Shown here: one piece after another, positions 33,809-45,700 of the stretch | How positions within the stretch are numbered: the first letter of the stretch is position 1 | Layout: every line of letters starts with the position of its first letter | Assembly (NCBI GenBank): GCA_001600815.1 | Contig: BCKZ01000017.1 | Coordinates: forward strand, 225,720 to 289,719 | Direction: 5' to 3' | From: Alloascoidea hylecoeti | Taxonomy: Eukaryota | DNA length: 64,000 nucleotides | Notes under the pieces: generated by a model | The model's input: the letters and a program-made list of their open reading frames with translations, nothing else | The model's database searches: none | Told to the model about the DNA's origin: nothing | Translations under genes and position numbers: made by a program

Positions 33809-35330
33809 TTAATATCTCCTCCCTTGATCAGCATATGATTTTTTCCCATTAGCCCCATTACTGGGACCTTGAGGTATATAAGTGGACACACCAGGTCCTG
33901 AAGCGATTCTTTTTGCAGCTCTATATTCATAGGCTTCTCTTTCTGGATATCCAATAACTTCAGCATCTCTATCTCTTTGTCGTTTCAAGTCCCGTTCTTG
34001 TCCTGGATAACCAAACTGCCAATCTAGACGACCCACATGATTAGGTCTAACAGCATTAGGAGATGAGGTAATAGCCCCTCCTGGTGGGGGCGGAACTCCA
34101 TCGGGCCCACGTCCATAACGATCATAATAATCCCTAGCATATTGCTCTGATGGCGGCTGTGTCCCATAAGGCACTTCTGGTCTTGGGGGATAATAATTAG
34201 CCCTAGATTGTGGATCATATGGTGGTATATCATATCTAGAGCGAGCATCTGATGGCGTTGAAGAGTTTGGATATGAATCCCTTTTAAAAAATCCTTCCTC
34301 GGAAGGTTGTGTTCTAATATAATAGTTAGTTTATAATGATGATCAACAATCTTCAAAAGGTATGAACTCCAAAAACTTGCCTTTTATAGTCTCTAATTTG
34401 ATAATTATCGGGGTAATATTCTTCTCTCTTGATTCTATCACTTTGTGTTTGGGTATTAAAAGCACTGGTATTGTTGAAGTCCGCAGCTGGACCTGTAGGG
34501 GGACTAGCAAGGGAGTGATTGAATTGTAAATCTTTTTCAAACCTATTAACAGCAGCAACTCTATTATTAGAATAAGACTGCTTCTTGACCTGTGCTGATA
34601 TACTCTTTGGTTCCTTTTTAATCCTATCTGGGGTGTTAACCAAAGAATCGTCAACCATTCTCAAGACTGTTTCTGCCGCTATTCGACCCTCATGGGGGCC
34701 AAAACTTAGGTCCATGGACCTATCTCCTTCTTTAGTATCAATTTCAGTGTTTTTCGATTCTCTTAAATCATCAGCTCTATTAATATTTTCATCCGCATTG
34801 TCTGTATATGTATCAGGGAATTCGGGTTTATTTTTTGGCAATATTGATTTTAGTATTGAGTCTGGTCTTTTTAAATCAATCTCAATTGAGCCCAATAGCA
34901 ACGGTTCTTGATTCTTTTCGCAAAGCCTAGCAAAGACAAGGCCTATATCAACAATTGAAGGGTCTAAACTGTTCTCATCATTTTTTCGATTTTTAAGTGA
35001 TCTCACAAGATTGCTAGCTATGATGCCAGGACGTTCGGATTCGGTATCCAAGAAAGTTTCCCTTAATGGGGTCTTCAGAATTTGAGCAGGTCGCTGGGGA
35101 TACACCGGCAATGGAGTATCATTTTTGAAATCACTTGGGTTGATGACAGTAATGGGGGCTGGTAAAATGAATCCTAAAGGGGCATATGCTTTTGGTGTCT
35201 CGATATCGAAAACAGATGATATTATTATTGGAGCCATTGTTGGCTTGGAGAAGTTATGGTGAGGGCCTCCCCCTCTTTTTCCCCCACGACCGTAATTATC
35301 ACCTCTATAATTTCCCCTTCTGTTGGACAT
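33809..35330 (-). CDS. Uncharacterised protein with an RGG-like N-terminus and a Pro/Tyr/Arg-rich C-terminus; exons 35330-34381, 34313-33809 (GC-AG intron)
   Basis: ATG at 35330 (MSNRRGNYRGDNYGRGGKRGGG). Removing 34380-34314 (GCAAGT..AACTAAC..TAG) joins ORFs 34353-35378 and 33809-34174 in frame (...RDYKRTQPSEEGFFKRDSYP...). Confidence 0.8.
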
Positions 35331-35449
35331 GAATGTATAGCAATACTCAAATACTAAGAAGAGTTGAGACCTAAACAATCAATTTTGCTCAACAAACTTC
35401 CAAACACCCCTTAAAACCTCCTTTTAATTATGTTAATAACTTCATTAAG

Positions 35450-38400
35450 ATGAACGAAATAGACTTTAGCGACGAGGGAATATCAAAATCTGCCCCCGAG
35501 TTGCTCCAAAAGATCAGCGATGGAATTGAAAAGTTGATGATACCGGACGCAAAATCCCCGGATCCCGATGCCTTAAACCTGGTTTTAGACACTTTGGGAG
35601 AATTTCAAGCATCCCCACAGCTCTTAGATATAAAGCTACGACAATTTATATCAGATCTATCTGACTTCTACTATAAACATTCCCAGTGGTGGATTGCGAA
35701 AATTATCTATACAATATGTAAGGTCCGTGGTGCAAAGAAAGTTGGTTTATGTTTTAGTAGTGATGTCTATTTATTAAAGACCAATTTGGAGAATCTAGAA
35801 CAGATTTCCACTGATCCTGATAATTTACAAGGAACTTGGGAAGAGAGGTACATTTTGTTATTATGGTTATCAATACTGGTACTGGCACCTTTTAAATTAA
35901 CTACGATAACAGCCACGATTCCACAAAGACTATACGATCTAGCGTTAACATACATTTCCGTAGCTGGTAAGGAAAGAGATGCTGCAACAATGTTATTAGC
36001 AAGACTATTATCACGTCCTGATTTAATAACAAGCTTTTTGAATCTGTTTTATGAACAATCTGAGAGAGAATGGGAAACCTATACAATATTTAAAAAGACA
36101 GGAATCTTGTCATGTATGGCCCAAATTCTTCATCAGGCACAACCTCATGATCTTACTAAGTACCTTCCTCGCCATTTATCTATTATAAGGATCGAAAAAC
36201 TTTCCTCTTCAAGATCAGATAATGGGAACTCGCTTCTTCAGAAATTAATTGTTAAAAATCTAGGACGAATATGTTTATGCTACATCACAAAAAGTGCAGA
36301 TGAGATACCTGAAGAAATCGAGATCATTATTGGAGATCTATTAGATATTATTGGAAATAGGGATACTTTAGTCCGATATGCCGTTTCAAAAGCTATTGCA
36401 AGAATATGTAGCTCCATCGATGAAGATACAAGGAGTGATATAATTGGTGGTGTACTTGAGGAATTGGAATTAGAGGATTTCGATTTTCAGTCTGAAGTAA
36501 CAAATCTTGATCCTGTGAAAACTAATTTTGATTTAGTTTCAGCTGATAGATGGCATGGCGCTATTTTGACAGTAGCTGAACTTTTTAGAAGGAAGTTGAT
36601 ATCTCTGGATTTAATACCTGCAATTTCAAAGATAATAAGGACATCCTTAAAGTTTCAACAGCAGAGAATCACTTATGCAATTGGAAGCAATGTGAGAGAT
36701 GCTAGTTGTTATGTTTGTTGGTCATTATTTCGTACATATAGGGATTTACCCAGTCCTGTTTTACGTGGGTTGATTGAAGATTTAACGGTTTTATCTTGCC
36801 TTGACAGAGAGATCAACATTAGAAGAGCCGCTGCTGCTGCAGTTCAAGAAGGAATTGGAAGACACGGACAGGCTATCTGGAGTAAAGGTGATCCACATGA
36901 TTGGCAAACTGCAATTTCTCTAGTTCAAATTTTAGACCATTTCAACTTAGGTCAAATGAAGAATGCATTTTTAGATGTCCCCATGAAAGTTGCAAATTTA
37001 GGATTGTACATCAATTCTTTTGTTGATTATCTATTAGAGCTAGGAATTACATGTTGGGACCCAGAAGTAAGGAGATTGAGTGGCCAAGCTTTAGGTCGAT
37101 TTACATCTAAGTGTGATAAACAAAAACGTGAACATAATTTGGATGTGATACTAGGAAGAGGTATTAAAAATCATTATTATGAAGGGGATTTGTATGCGTT
37201 GGGTGAAATCATCATCAATACCCCTGAAAATGAGCTTTCACACTCTGTTTTACTTTCCTCCCTCGAGCTTTTACAAGCGGTTTCTAAAAAGATTGATATT
37301 ACAGTTGATCCGGAGTACAAGCATGAAGAAATTATTCATCTTTTTGGTTCACTTCTTATGATAAATAATAAACTCGCTTCGTCTTTCATCACTGATATTC
37401 AGTTTGAAGAGTTGTATGAACAAATGTTCTACATATGCCTTCAGGCAAAGGACCTAATTATCAAGGAAATGAAATTTTTAGCCTCAAATACAAAAAACCT
37501 TCCGGAAGCTATCGCCTCTAAATGGTTAAAATTAGTTTCTTCTGGAAACGTTGTAGCATCGGCTTCATTTGGTTATCTTTCGTTTAGCATAATACAAGAA
37601 AGTATTGACCATATTATAAATGTTATATTGAATAAAACACTTGACCATATTGCTCGTGCCGAAGCTGTTAATACCTTATCACTAGCAATATCAAATGCCA
37701 AAGCTGTTGATTTGACTCAGACATTTATATTGAAATCATGGGACGTTTTTGTTTCACAGTTAGATGACTATACAACTACAGAGCAAGGTGACGTTGGTTC
37801 TAAAGTACGGCACGCTGTTATGGATGCTTTAATTATAAATAAAGATAGATTCGTTCAATATCTACCTCCAAATGGGTTGCATTTATTCACTTGTGAAAAA
37901 AAATTATTACGAATTGCCTGCGAGACTATTGACAAATTACGGTTAACTGCTTTAAAAGCACTTGTCGCATTCAAGTTTGAAGCTTTGGACGATTCTAGTG
38001 TAAAACTTCCCGTTGATTTATATTTCACTAGTATGGACCGTTATTTTAACGTAATGATATCTATCTTTAAAATATTATTAAAGAAAGTTCAGATAGATGG
38101 CCAATATGAAGATATGATATTAGAATTTTTACGTGGGTATATTTATACAGCTGGTGCCATTTTTGCTAGTGATAAAACCATTAGTGTGTCTTCGAATGAA
38201 CTTCTGAATTTATTAAGCGAGGATTCAACTGATGATGAAAAGCTTATGATTTTGAATTATCTAATGACGATACTAAAAGATCCATTGGGAGATGGTGAAC
38301 CCATCGTGAAACTTCCATCAAAGCCTAAACCAAAACCAAGAATTCCAAAATCAAATGACACGCCCAAATCGTTTAAATTTGAAAAAAGATCTTCTAAGCT

Positions 38401-38815
38401 GTTAACTTGTTGCTTGAATGTTTGGGCAAATATTTTAGAGTCAGGATTAACTGTTCCAGCAGCATTTAATTGTAAAATCCTTTATATTCGAGTTTTCAAT
38501 CTTCATATAAATACTATATCTACAGCTAGAATATCTAGCGCTATCAGAATATTTACTTGGTTGGCTAGAGATGGACACATAAAAGAGGCACGACTCCGTC
38601 TAATTAAGATATGTACAGAGAATTCAATGGCAAAATTCAGAGTCTTGGGTTCCGAAGCCTTATTCGAGATTATTTCAGAGGAATTAAATGAATGCGAGGA
38701 TGATGAAGAACTAGAAAGGAAGGAGCAAATTTTAGAAATTATCCAGTCCACAGATTGGACCTTGGATGACATTCCAGAATTCAAACGTTTGTCTAAAAAG
38801 CTTTTGATAGAGTAA
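35450..38815 (+). CDS. CIN1: Tubulin-folding cofactor D
   Basis: FQASPQLLD, ICKVRGAK, WEERYILLLWLSILVLAPFKL, WHGAIL, GSNVRDASCYVCWS, DREINIRRAAAAAVQEGIGR and LDDYTTTEQGDVGSKVR are TBCD motifs. Confidence 0.95.
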   Translation: MNEIDFSDEGISKSAPELLQKISDGIEKLMIPDAKSPDPDALNLVLDTLGEFQASPQLLDIKLRQFISDLSDFYYKHSQWWIAKIIYTICKVRGAKKVGLCFSSDVYLLKTNLENLEQISTDPDNLQGTWEERYILLLWLSILVLAPFKLTTITATIPQRLYDLALTYISVAGKERDAATMLLARLLSRPDLITSFLNLFYEQSEREWETYTIFKKTGILSCMAQILHQAQPHDLTKYLPRHLSIIRIEKLSSSRSDNGNSLLQKLIVKNLGRICLCYITKSADEIPEEIEIIIGDLLDIIGNRDTLVRYAVSKAIARICSSIDEDTRSDIIGGVLEELELEDFDFQSEVTNLDPVKTNFDLVSADRWHGAILTVAELFRRKLISLDLIPAISKIIRTSLKFQQQRITYAIGSNVRDASCYVCWSLFRTYRDLPSPVLRGLIEDLTVLSCLDREINIRRAAAAAVQEGIGRHGQAIWSKGDPHDWQTAISLVQILDHFNLGQMKNAFLDVPMKVANLGLYINSFVDYLLELGITCWDPEVRRLSGQALGRFTSKCDKQKREHNLDVILGRGIKNHYYEGDLYALGEIIINTPENELSHSVLLSSLELLQAVSKKIDITVDPEYKHEEIIHLFGSLLMINNKLASSFITDIQFEELYEQMFYICLQAKDLIIKEMKFLASNTKNLPEAIASKWLKLVSSGNVVASASFGYLSFSIIQESIDHIINVILNKTLDHIARAEAVNTLSLAISNAKAVDLTQTFILKSWDVFVSQLDDYTTTEQGDVGSKVRHAVMDALIINKDRFVQYLPPNGLHLFTCEKKLLRIACETIDKLRLTALKALVAFKFEALDDSSVKLPVDLYFTSMDRYFNVMISIFKILLKKVQIDGQYEDMILEFLRGYIYTAGAIFASDKTISVSSNELLNLLSEDSTDDEKLMILNYLMTILKDPLGDGEPIVKLPSKPKPKPRIPKSNDTPKSFKFEKRSSKLLTCCLNVWANILESGLTVPAAFNCKILYIRVFNLHINTISTARISSAIRIFTWLARDGHIKEARLRLIKICTENSMAKFRVLGSEALFEIISEELNECEDDEELERKEQILEIIQSTDWTLDDIPEFKRLSKKLLIE

Positions 38816-38893
38816 AATTATATACAATTTTCCAATTATTAAGAAATTTAAAACTTTATAGATCTATATACAAGTGCTTAAATTTTACACATA

Positions 38894-39970
38894 TTATTTA
38901 TCATTTATTTCATCGAAAATTGTTTTCATAGAAATTTGACCTGATCCTCTTTCTAAAGGCTGTGGTTGGGTAGGACTTGATTTCCAACCTATCATGAAAA
39001 TCACTTTGAACGTTGCAGGAAGTGAGCCATCCTCCGAATGCATTGCTCGATATATAGGTTCAGCAGCCAGAAGAACATCTTTTGGTAAATAACTTGCCCT
39101 TGATATGACAGCATTTCCTTCTCCCATCATTTTGATATCAGATAGTAACGCCAGTAGATTTGGGTAAGAAACGACAATATTTTCAACATCTACAGTTAAT
39201 AGTTTAAAATTTGCCTTCGATAATAACCCCCCAATGTCGTTAACATCAACTAAAGGTGACATTCTAGGTGATAAACCCCCTTTTCGTTCTAGTTCTGCTA
39301 ATTGCAAAGATGTGCGTAGCTCAAACAATGTATCTCCACCAAGCATACTCCCAAAGAATAAACCATCTGGCTTTAGTATATTGCTAATTCTGCTCAATAC
39401 CCCAGGTAAATCATTGATCCAATGCATACTCATATTTGAGAAAACCGCATCAAATGATTCTGCTTTCAATGAAGGATGATCTAGTGCTTCTTCATCCGCA
39501 ATTAATCTTTGAACTTTTAAATCTTTGTTGAAAGGAAACTCATCGGGATTTGAATCTCTGTACAACATCTCTCTACAACTATCCAGCATAGTGATGACTC
39601 CTAAATTGTTTTTGACAGCCTCTCTATCACCTTTAAAAGAATATCCCTTTACGCTTTCAGAAGGCCTATCATCGTTACTTGAATCACATAGCACCTTTTC
39701 AAAATTCCCGGAATTACATCCTAAATCTAGTACATTAGGAAATTTCCTTTTAATAAAAGCCAATCTTTCAACTGATTTCAAAGCAATTTCATCTCTGAGA
39801 TATTCAACAGTTCTGGAGTTTTCAATATCAGAAGCAGCTCTCTGTCGTTGTTTAAGTTTTGCATCTCTATCAAAAACAGTATATGGTGATGTTGAATAAA
39901 AAGATTTCGATAAATATTTAAATGTATGAGAATGAAGTCCCTGTTTTGGTAAAAGTATATGTGATATCAT
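38894..39970 (-). CDS. NDUFAF5: Mitochondrial complex I assembly SAM-dependent enzyme NDUFAF5
   Basis: VFDRDAKLKQRQRAA, LDLGCNSG, SMHWINDLPG, GGDTLFELRTSLQLAELERKGGLSPRMSP, LPATFKVIFMIGWK, PLERGSG. Presequence-like N-terminus. Confidence 0.95.
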   Translation of the reverse strand: MISHILLPKQGLHSHTFKYLSKSFYSTSPYTVFDRDAKLKQRQRAASDIENSRTVEYLRDEIALKSVERLAFIKRKFPNVLDLGCNSGNFEKVLCDSSNDDRPSESVKGYSFKGDREAVKNNLGVITMLDSCREMLYRDSNPDEFPFNKDLKVQRLIADEEALDHPSLKAESFDAVFSNMSMHWINDLPGVLSRISNILKPDGLFFGSMLGGDTLFELRTSLQLAELERKGGLSPRMSPLVDVNDIGGLLSKANFKLLTVDVENIVVSYPNLLALLSDIKMMGEGNAVISRASYLPKDVLLAAEPIYRAMHSEDGSLPATFKVIFMIGWKSSPTQPQPLERGSGQISMKTIFDEINDK

Positions 39971-40095
39971 CTTTTTATGGTTCTTGAAGTTATGGATGTA
40001 AAGTTACAATATGAAAAGTTGGATGTGAACTTTTTTCCATCACCAATACCAAGGGTTAACCCCAAACCCAGTAATGACTATCAAGAATTGAGATA

Positions 40096-42325
40096 ATGCC
40101 GAATAGCAATATACTGTGGTCAGCAATGTTATTTTCTGCAAATAAATTACCAAAGGTGTCTAGATACATTCAATATAAAGGGATACGTCTTTCATCGTCT
40201 CTTTCAACAGATGCAAACATCTTTGGTACTAATGATCCAAATATCCATAAAACATCAACAAATTGTAAATATGATGGTTTTATTGATAATGGGCGTGAAA
40301 AGGATTGGGAGGAATTAACCATTAACTTAAAGAATTTCAACACATTGGGTAAATATTCCCAAGTAATATCCATCGCTAATGAGATTAGGATTTCGAAGCA
40401 AGTTCCCACTGCTACAATATATGACGAGATATTATTCGCCATGTCAAAGATAAAAAAGCCCGATATTGTAGCACCAGTTGCCTTGAAGATGATGGAAGAG
40501 GCAAAACATTTAAAAACACCGTTGAGTTCATTAGGATTATCAGCACTTGCCTTGGTATGTATTCTTATTAAAATAAAAAAAAATAGAAAAAAGAACAACA
40601 ACTAACTTGATACAATTGGAATCACATTAGATATTCGGAAATGTAACTAATGTTCTTTATCTATGGAGTTATCAGCTACAATTGGAAAGTTTACTTGGTG
40701 ACCAAACTCCTTTGAGTTTGAGAATTGCACCTGTAATGAACCAACTCCTCTTTACAGGTCCTTTCCAGTTGGAAAAGATTGTTGATATTTATGAGCAGGC
40801 TAGCAAGAATTTTGGTATTATATATAAACATCGTCTATCTTCAAATAATAAAAAACTCCGTGAATACGACATTTTGTATCCTTTTGATGAACCCCGCCAT
40901 GATAACGATAGAATCTCCAAATCTGAACGTATAGAGCAAATTGAATCCGATCTACAAAGACGAGGGATTGCTAAATTTATTTACAAAGCGAAAAAGAAAT
41001 ATACACCTGATTCAAAACCTTTTTTCTTACAACAACTCCGGGCGGCATATCTTATGAATGAGATTGCTGCTCAAACTAGGGATACATCAATAGCATTAAA
41101 AATTCTTAAAGATATAAACGAGGCTGAACTATATTTACGGCCAGATCAATGGTGTGGCTTTCTTGTGCTCGCTTTAAGGGAAGGGGATGTTGAAAGCATA
41201 CGTTATGTTTTCAATGAAGTAATTTTAACAAATATTCTCGAACCTTCAGATGCAATTTTAAAAGAAATCTTGATATATGCTGGGCGCAGTGGTGATTATA
41301 AATGGACAATAAAAACTTTAAGGCTGATTAATGATAGATGGCCTTTAAATGAAAATAAACCACAACTAGTCGCATCCTTAATTGAAGCTTACTGTCGGAA
41401 CTTCTACAATGATACTACCGAGACAATATTAAAAGCTGAATCTAACTCAACCGAAATAATTGAACATGCTAAAAAAGTATGGCTGATAACTGATATGCTC
41501 ATAAAGAATGGAGCTGAAATTTCTATGAGGGAGATGGATCCTATGATTAATTTATTGGACGAAAACATGCACCATCCTAATAACAATATGTATAAAACCA
41601 AAGGAATTCGAGGTCCAGAACGTTTGCTAAGTGATGATGAAATTTATGACTTTCTGTCTTTTGGGAAGACATTATCTCATAAGACGAGGAATTTGCTAGT
41701 TAAGGTAGTACTTGAGATTTTTTCTAGACAGCGTCAATTTATTGAAGTAATTAAAATGATGGAGTATATGGTCCGAAATAACTTCATTTTAAGCATTGAT
41801 GATGTTCTAGATAGAGATGTTTTCAGGATGTTACTTCATAAATCACATAGTTCCAAATCAGCCAAACTAACTACGTTTGAGATTTATCTTGAGATGTTGG
41901 TTAAAAATATTCCCTTAACTCCAATAGAATATGAATGGCTGATAAGAAACAATCTACGTGGCAATTCCATAGAAGGTGTCTTTTTTTATTTGAACCAGAT
42001 GCAAGAGAACAATATTCCGATATCGAAATGGATAATCTTCGTTATCAAAAGAGTTTGTAACAAAAGCAAACAATTCAAATATATTGAATGGCTCGAAAAC
42101 AGAGGAAATATTAATGATCAAGATCCAGAGAAGATCAATGCACCTTTTGGAAGTTCTTTGCGATATCCCTCTGTGAAAAGGACATTGAAAGATCGAAGTT
42201 TTAGGCCCGGTTATACAGAATATCTCAGCGGACCGGATTTTATTCAGATGAATATTCTGCGGGATCTGTTCAACAAAAATGAACGACATTTCCAGTTGAG
42301 GCGAAAACTCTTACGATCATCATGA
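40096..42325 (+). CDS. Probable mitochondrial PPR-like helical-repeat protein; exons 40096-40554, 40631-42325
   Basis: Intron 40555-40630 (GTATGT..AACTAAC..TAG) joins two ORFs in frame. Basic presequence-like start and PPR-like segments (PTATIYDEILFAM, PLTPIEYEWLIR, YLNQMQENNIP). Confidence 0.7.
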
Positions 42326-42796
42326 TGTATTTAAACCCAACTAAAATTATTATTATTATTATTATTATTATTATAGATGTTAATCAGCATCCGTTCAGCC
42401 TGATGGCTGGTCATGGATCCTCCACTTCTTAAACCTAGCCTGTAAAACTCTTCAGTTTAAGCTTTCGGTTAAGCTTTCAGATACGCTACAGGTGCCTACT
42501 TTCGAAACAAAATGGTTTTCAGTCTATTTGAGCTTAACTGATTTAGAACCATGCTAACTGGAGAAGGTAAATCTCTTGAATCCTTTATTAAAATAAATTT
42601 ATAGTGCGATCAAAAGATAAAATTATATGTCATAATTATATGTCATAAAATTGATCATCCATGGTCACGTGTAAACTCCATTTTTAAGTTATACAACCAA
42701 AAAAACAAAATAAAAACCTCCTTCTTTCCTCCACCACTTAAATATTTATATATTAGGCTCCACTCCTTTCAAAACAGTTATTGGTTATTCATTCCA

Positions 42797-45700
42797 ATGG
42801 CGGAAAGGGAATATTTAGATTCAGAGTATCTCTATCAAGTAGTGGCGACCACTGAAGGTAGGTCATTTATTATATTAAGAATACTTTCTTTGTTTGTTTA
42901 CCTTTTCAGGAACTAATCTAAATAATTGTTACTAGACTACAATGCTCAAGAAGCAATAATCTCAAAGTTTAAGAACCACGTAAAAAAAGAATATGTTGAT
43001 GTAAGTATTTAACTCATCTATTTATTTGAAAATAGACGTTTTCTGATCATGTCATATATAGCTGCCGAATTCTTTCGGATACTTCCAGGCGATAGCCCTA
43101 GCCTGCAAATCCCCAAGCCATAGAGTGGCTACTGTCGCATTCTCAACACTATGCCATTTAACAAAACGAGTTGGAATTCAGGACGGAAAATATCTTGTGC
43201 AACCAGCAGAAATTGTTGTCCCTGTTTTGCTTCAGACATTAATTGATTTGAAATATAGTGCAAGATTAGCGGCACAACGAGCATTGGAAGATTATTGGGG
43301 ATCTTGTCCAAGGGAAGTTGAGGGTGTCCTAAGAGATTATGGTATATATAACTCAAATTATAGAATACGTGAAGAATGTTTAAATTTAATACAAAAAATT
43401 TGTGATATGAATCCTTCTGCCCCAACATTTGCCTTGATTTATAAAGATATTTTATCACTTCAAAACGATCCATATGAACAAGTTCGCACCTTGGCCCATA
43501 AAATTGCACTGCATAATCCATCATCTTCCACCAATTCAACAAGATCGCGAGCATTCAGGCCTGCAAATACAACTAATGCGTCCTCTACAACTTCCACATT
43601 TCACGCTCCTACTCTTACCAGCAGATCGAATGAGTCCGATCCTTTTCGGGGCTCTGATGCGGATAACGGTCAAACTCAAAACGTCACACAATCAAACTCA
43701 ACCTCAGGTTCTACTTCGCTAAACTCAGATTTGGCTGAATTATTTGAGAATTTAATTCAAACCTTGCCGGGCTATAAACTTGATGCCATTGAGCCACAAT
43801 ATGTTGAATCGGAGGATGATCTTCTATATCAAGTTGATTTAATGAGTCCAGATTTTGAAGGGAAAGAAACAGAATTTAACTGGATCAAACGCGAGAAACA
43901 TGTTATAGAAATCAGGGCTTTACTTCGTGGTAATGCCCCAGGAGATTTTCCAGATGCTATGAAAACCTTCTTGAAAATGTTAACTGGTGCGATTGGTAAA
44001 GCAATAAGTTCGTTAAGAACAACCTTATCTTCTCATGCTTGTCAATTGGTCAAGGATGCTGCCATCATAATGGGAATTCAGATTGATTCTTTATTTGATG
44101 CGTTTTTAGTGCCCCTGATTAAATTAACTGCTGCGACAAAAAAGTTAGCACAACAAAATGCTCATATGGCGATATGTGCTGTTTTCGCAAATATGGGGTA
44201 CCGCTCAAGAATTATGACACAAATCGATTTAACATTTCAGGAGAAAAATGTTCAACCAAGATTGTTTTGTGGAACCTGGCTACACATTCTTATTCTAGCT
44301 CATAGAAATAAGAGAAAAGTGCTTGAGAGTACAAGTGGCATGAAAATTATTGAAAAATGTATAACTAAAGGGTTGGTAGATGCAAATCCTTCTGTTCGAG
44401 AGGTTATGAGATCAACATATTGGGCTTTATATGAAGTTTGGGAGGATATTGGAGCCAGATTGTGGGATAAATGTGACTTGGCTGCGAAAAAAGCGTTAGA
44501 AAAATCAAAGCCTGAACATATGAACTCTTTAAAGGAAACTAATGATGGTGCTGGAAAATCGGCTCCAGCTCATGCGACTAGAGTAACTAGAAATGTTCGA
44601 AGACCACAATCAGGGGATCCAATTATCAATAAACGTAATCCAATAGGGTCAAATTCAAGACCAATCAGTAGGGTTGTTCCTAGTCGAGGCCCTGTTCCCC
44701 GTGCAATGTCTACTCAAAGATCAGGAAGAACATCTGCTCCTCGTCCGATGTCCAGCCAAGGATCAGGAAGGGCGCCTGTTCCTCGTCCGATGTCCAGTCA
44801 AAGCTCAGGAAGAACACCTGTTCCTCGTCCGGCATCTAGTCAAATGTCAAGGAGAACACCTGATATGGGTATTACCTCTTCCAGAGCATCAACTACAACA
44901 TCTGAAGATAGAAGGGTTCAATCTAGTCTTGGGATGGCTCAAAGAGATACAAGAAGACAAGCAAATTTTTCTAATTTTAAATCTTCAAGTCATTCTGCAT
45001 CTACAACAGGACGACCAAAACCATCGAAATCAGCTTCATTCTCCGCTCGGGGGTCTATAGATAAAACAAACCCAAGCGATGAAATAGTACAGCAAGCTAA
45101 AAGCTTACTTCGACAAGAACTTTATTCCAAAGCAGAACCTCAACGCGTCGCCACACCACCAATTATTAATACCCCTGTGATATCGTTCTCTTCGATATTC
45201 CAGGGCTCAGATTTCGAAGCAAAGTGCAATGCTATTTCATGTCTGTATCTTATTTTACTAGAACAACCAATTCCAAACACTTCAACTATTGTTGATACTA
45301 CAATTCCTCCCCCTGATTTATTGGTGAAAGGAATTCTTGCTGTTATTACACTTAGAAGTGAACTGATCACACGCCTAATGGATTCCAATGTTATAATGGA
45401 TAGTATAAGACTATTCTCATTGATTGTGGTTATGTGTATTCTATCAATTCTAAGACCAGAAAATATTTCTTCCGCTAACTTGATGTTTAAAAATGTCCCA
45501 GCAAATGAAATATTTGAATGCCTGCTACAGCTTTTGACAGGCATAGGCTCTAATATTATTTTTAATGAAAAAGATATTATAAAACTTTTCACTACAAAAC
45601 AACAAGTGGATATATTCAAGCATTGCTTGGAATGGTTTGAGTATATGACTACCATTAGAAAATGGTATCTTAACGATTCAACTGCTTTTAACACAACAAC

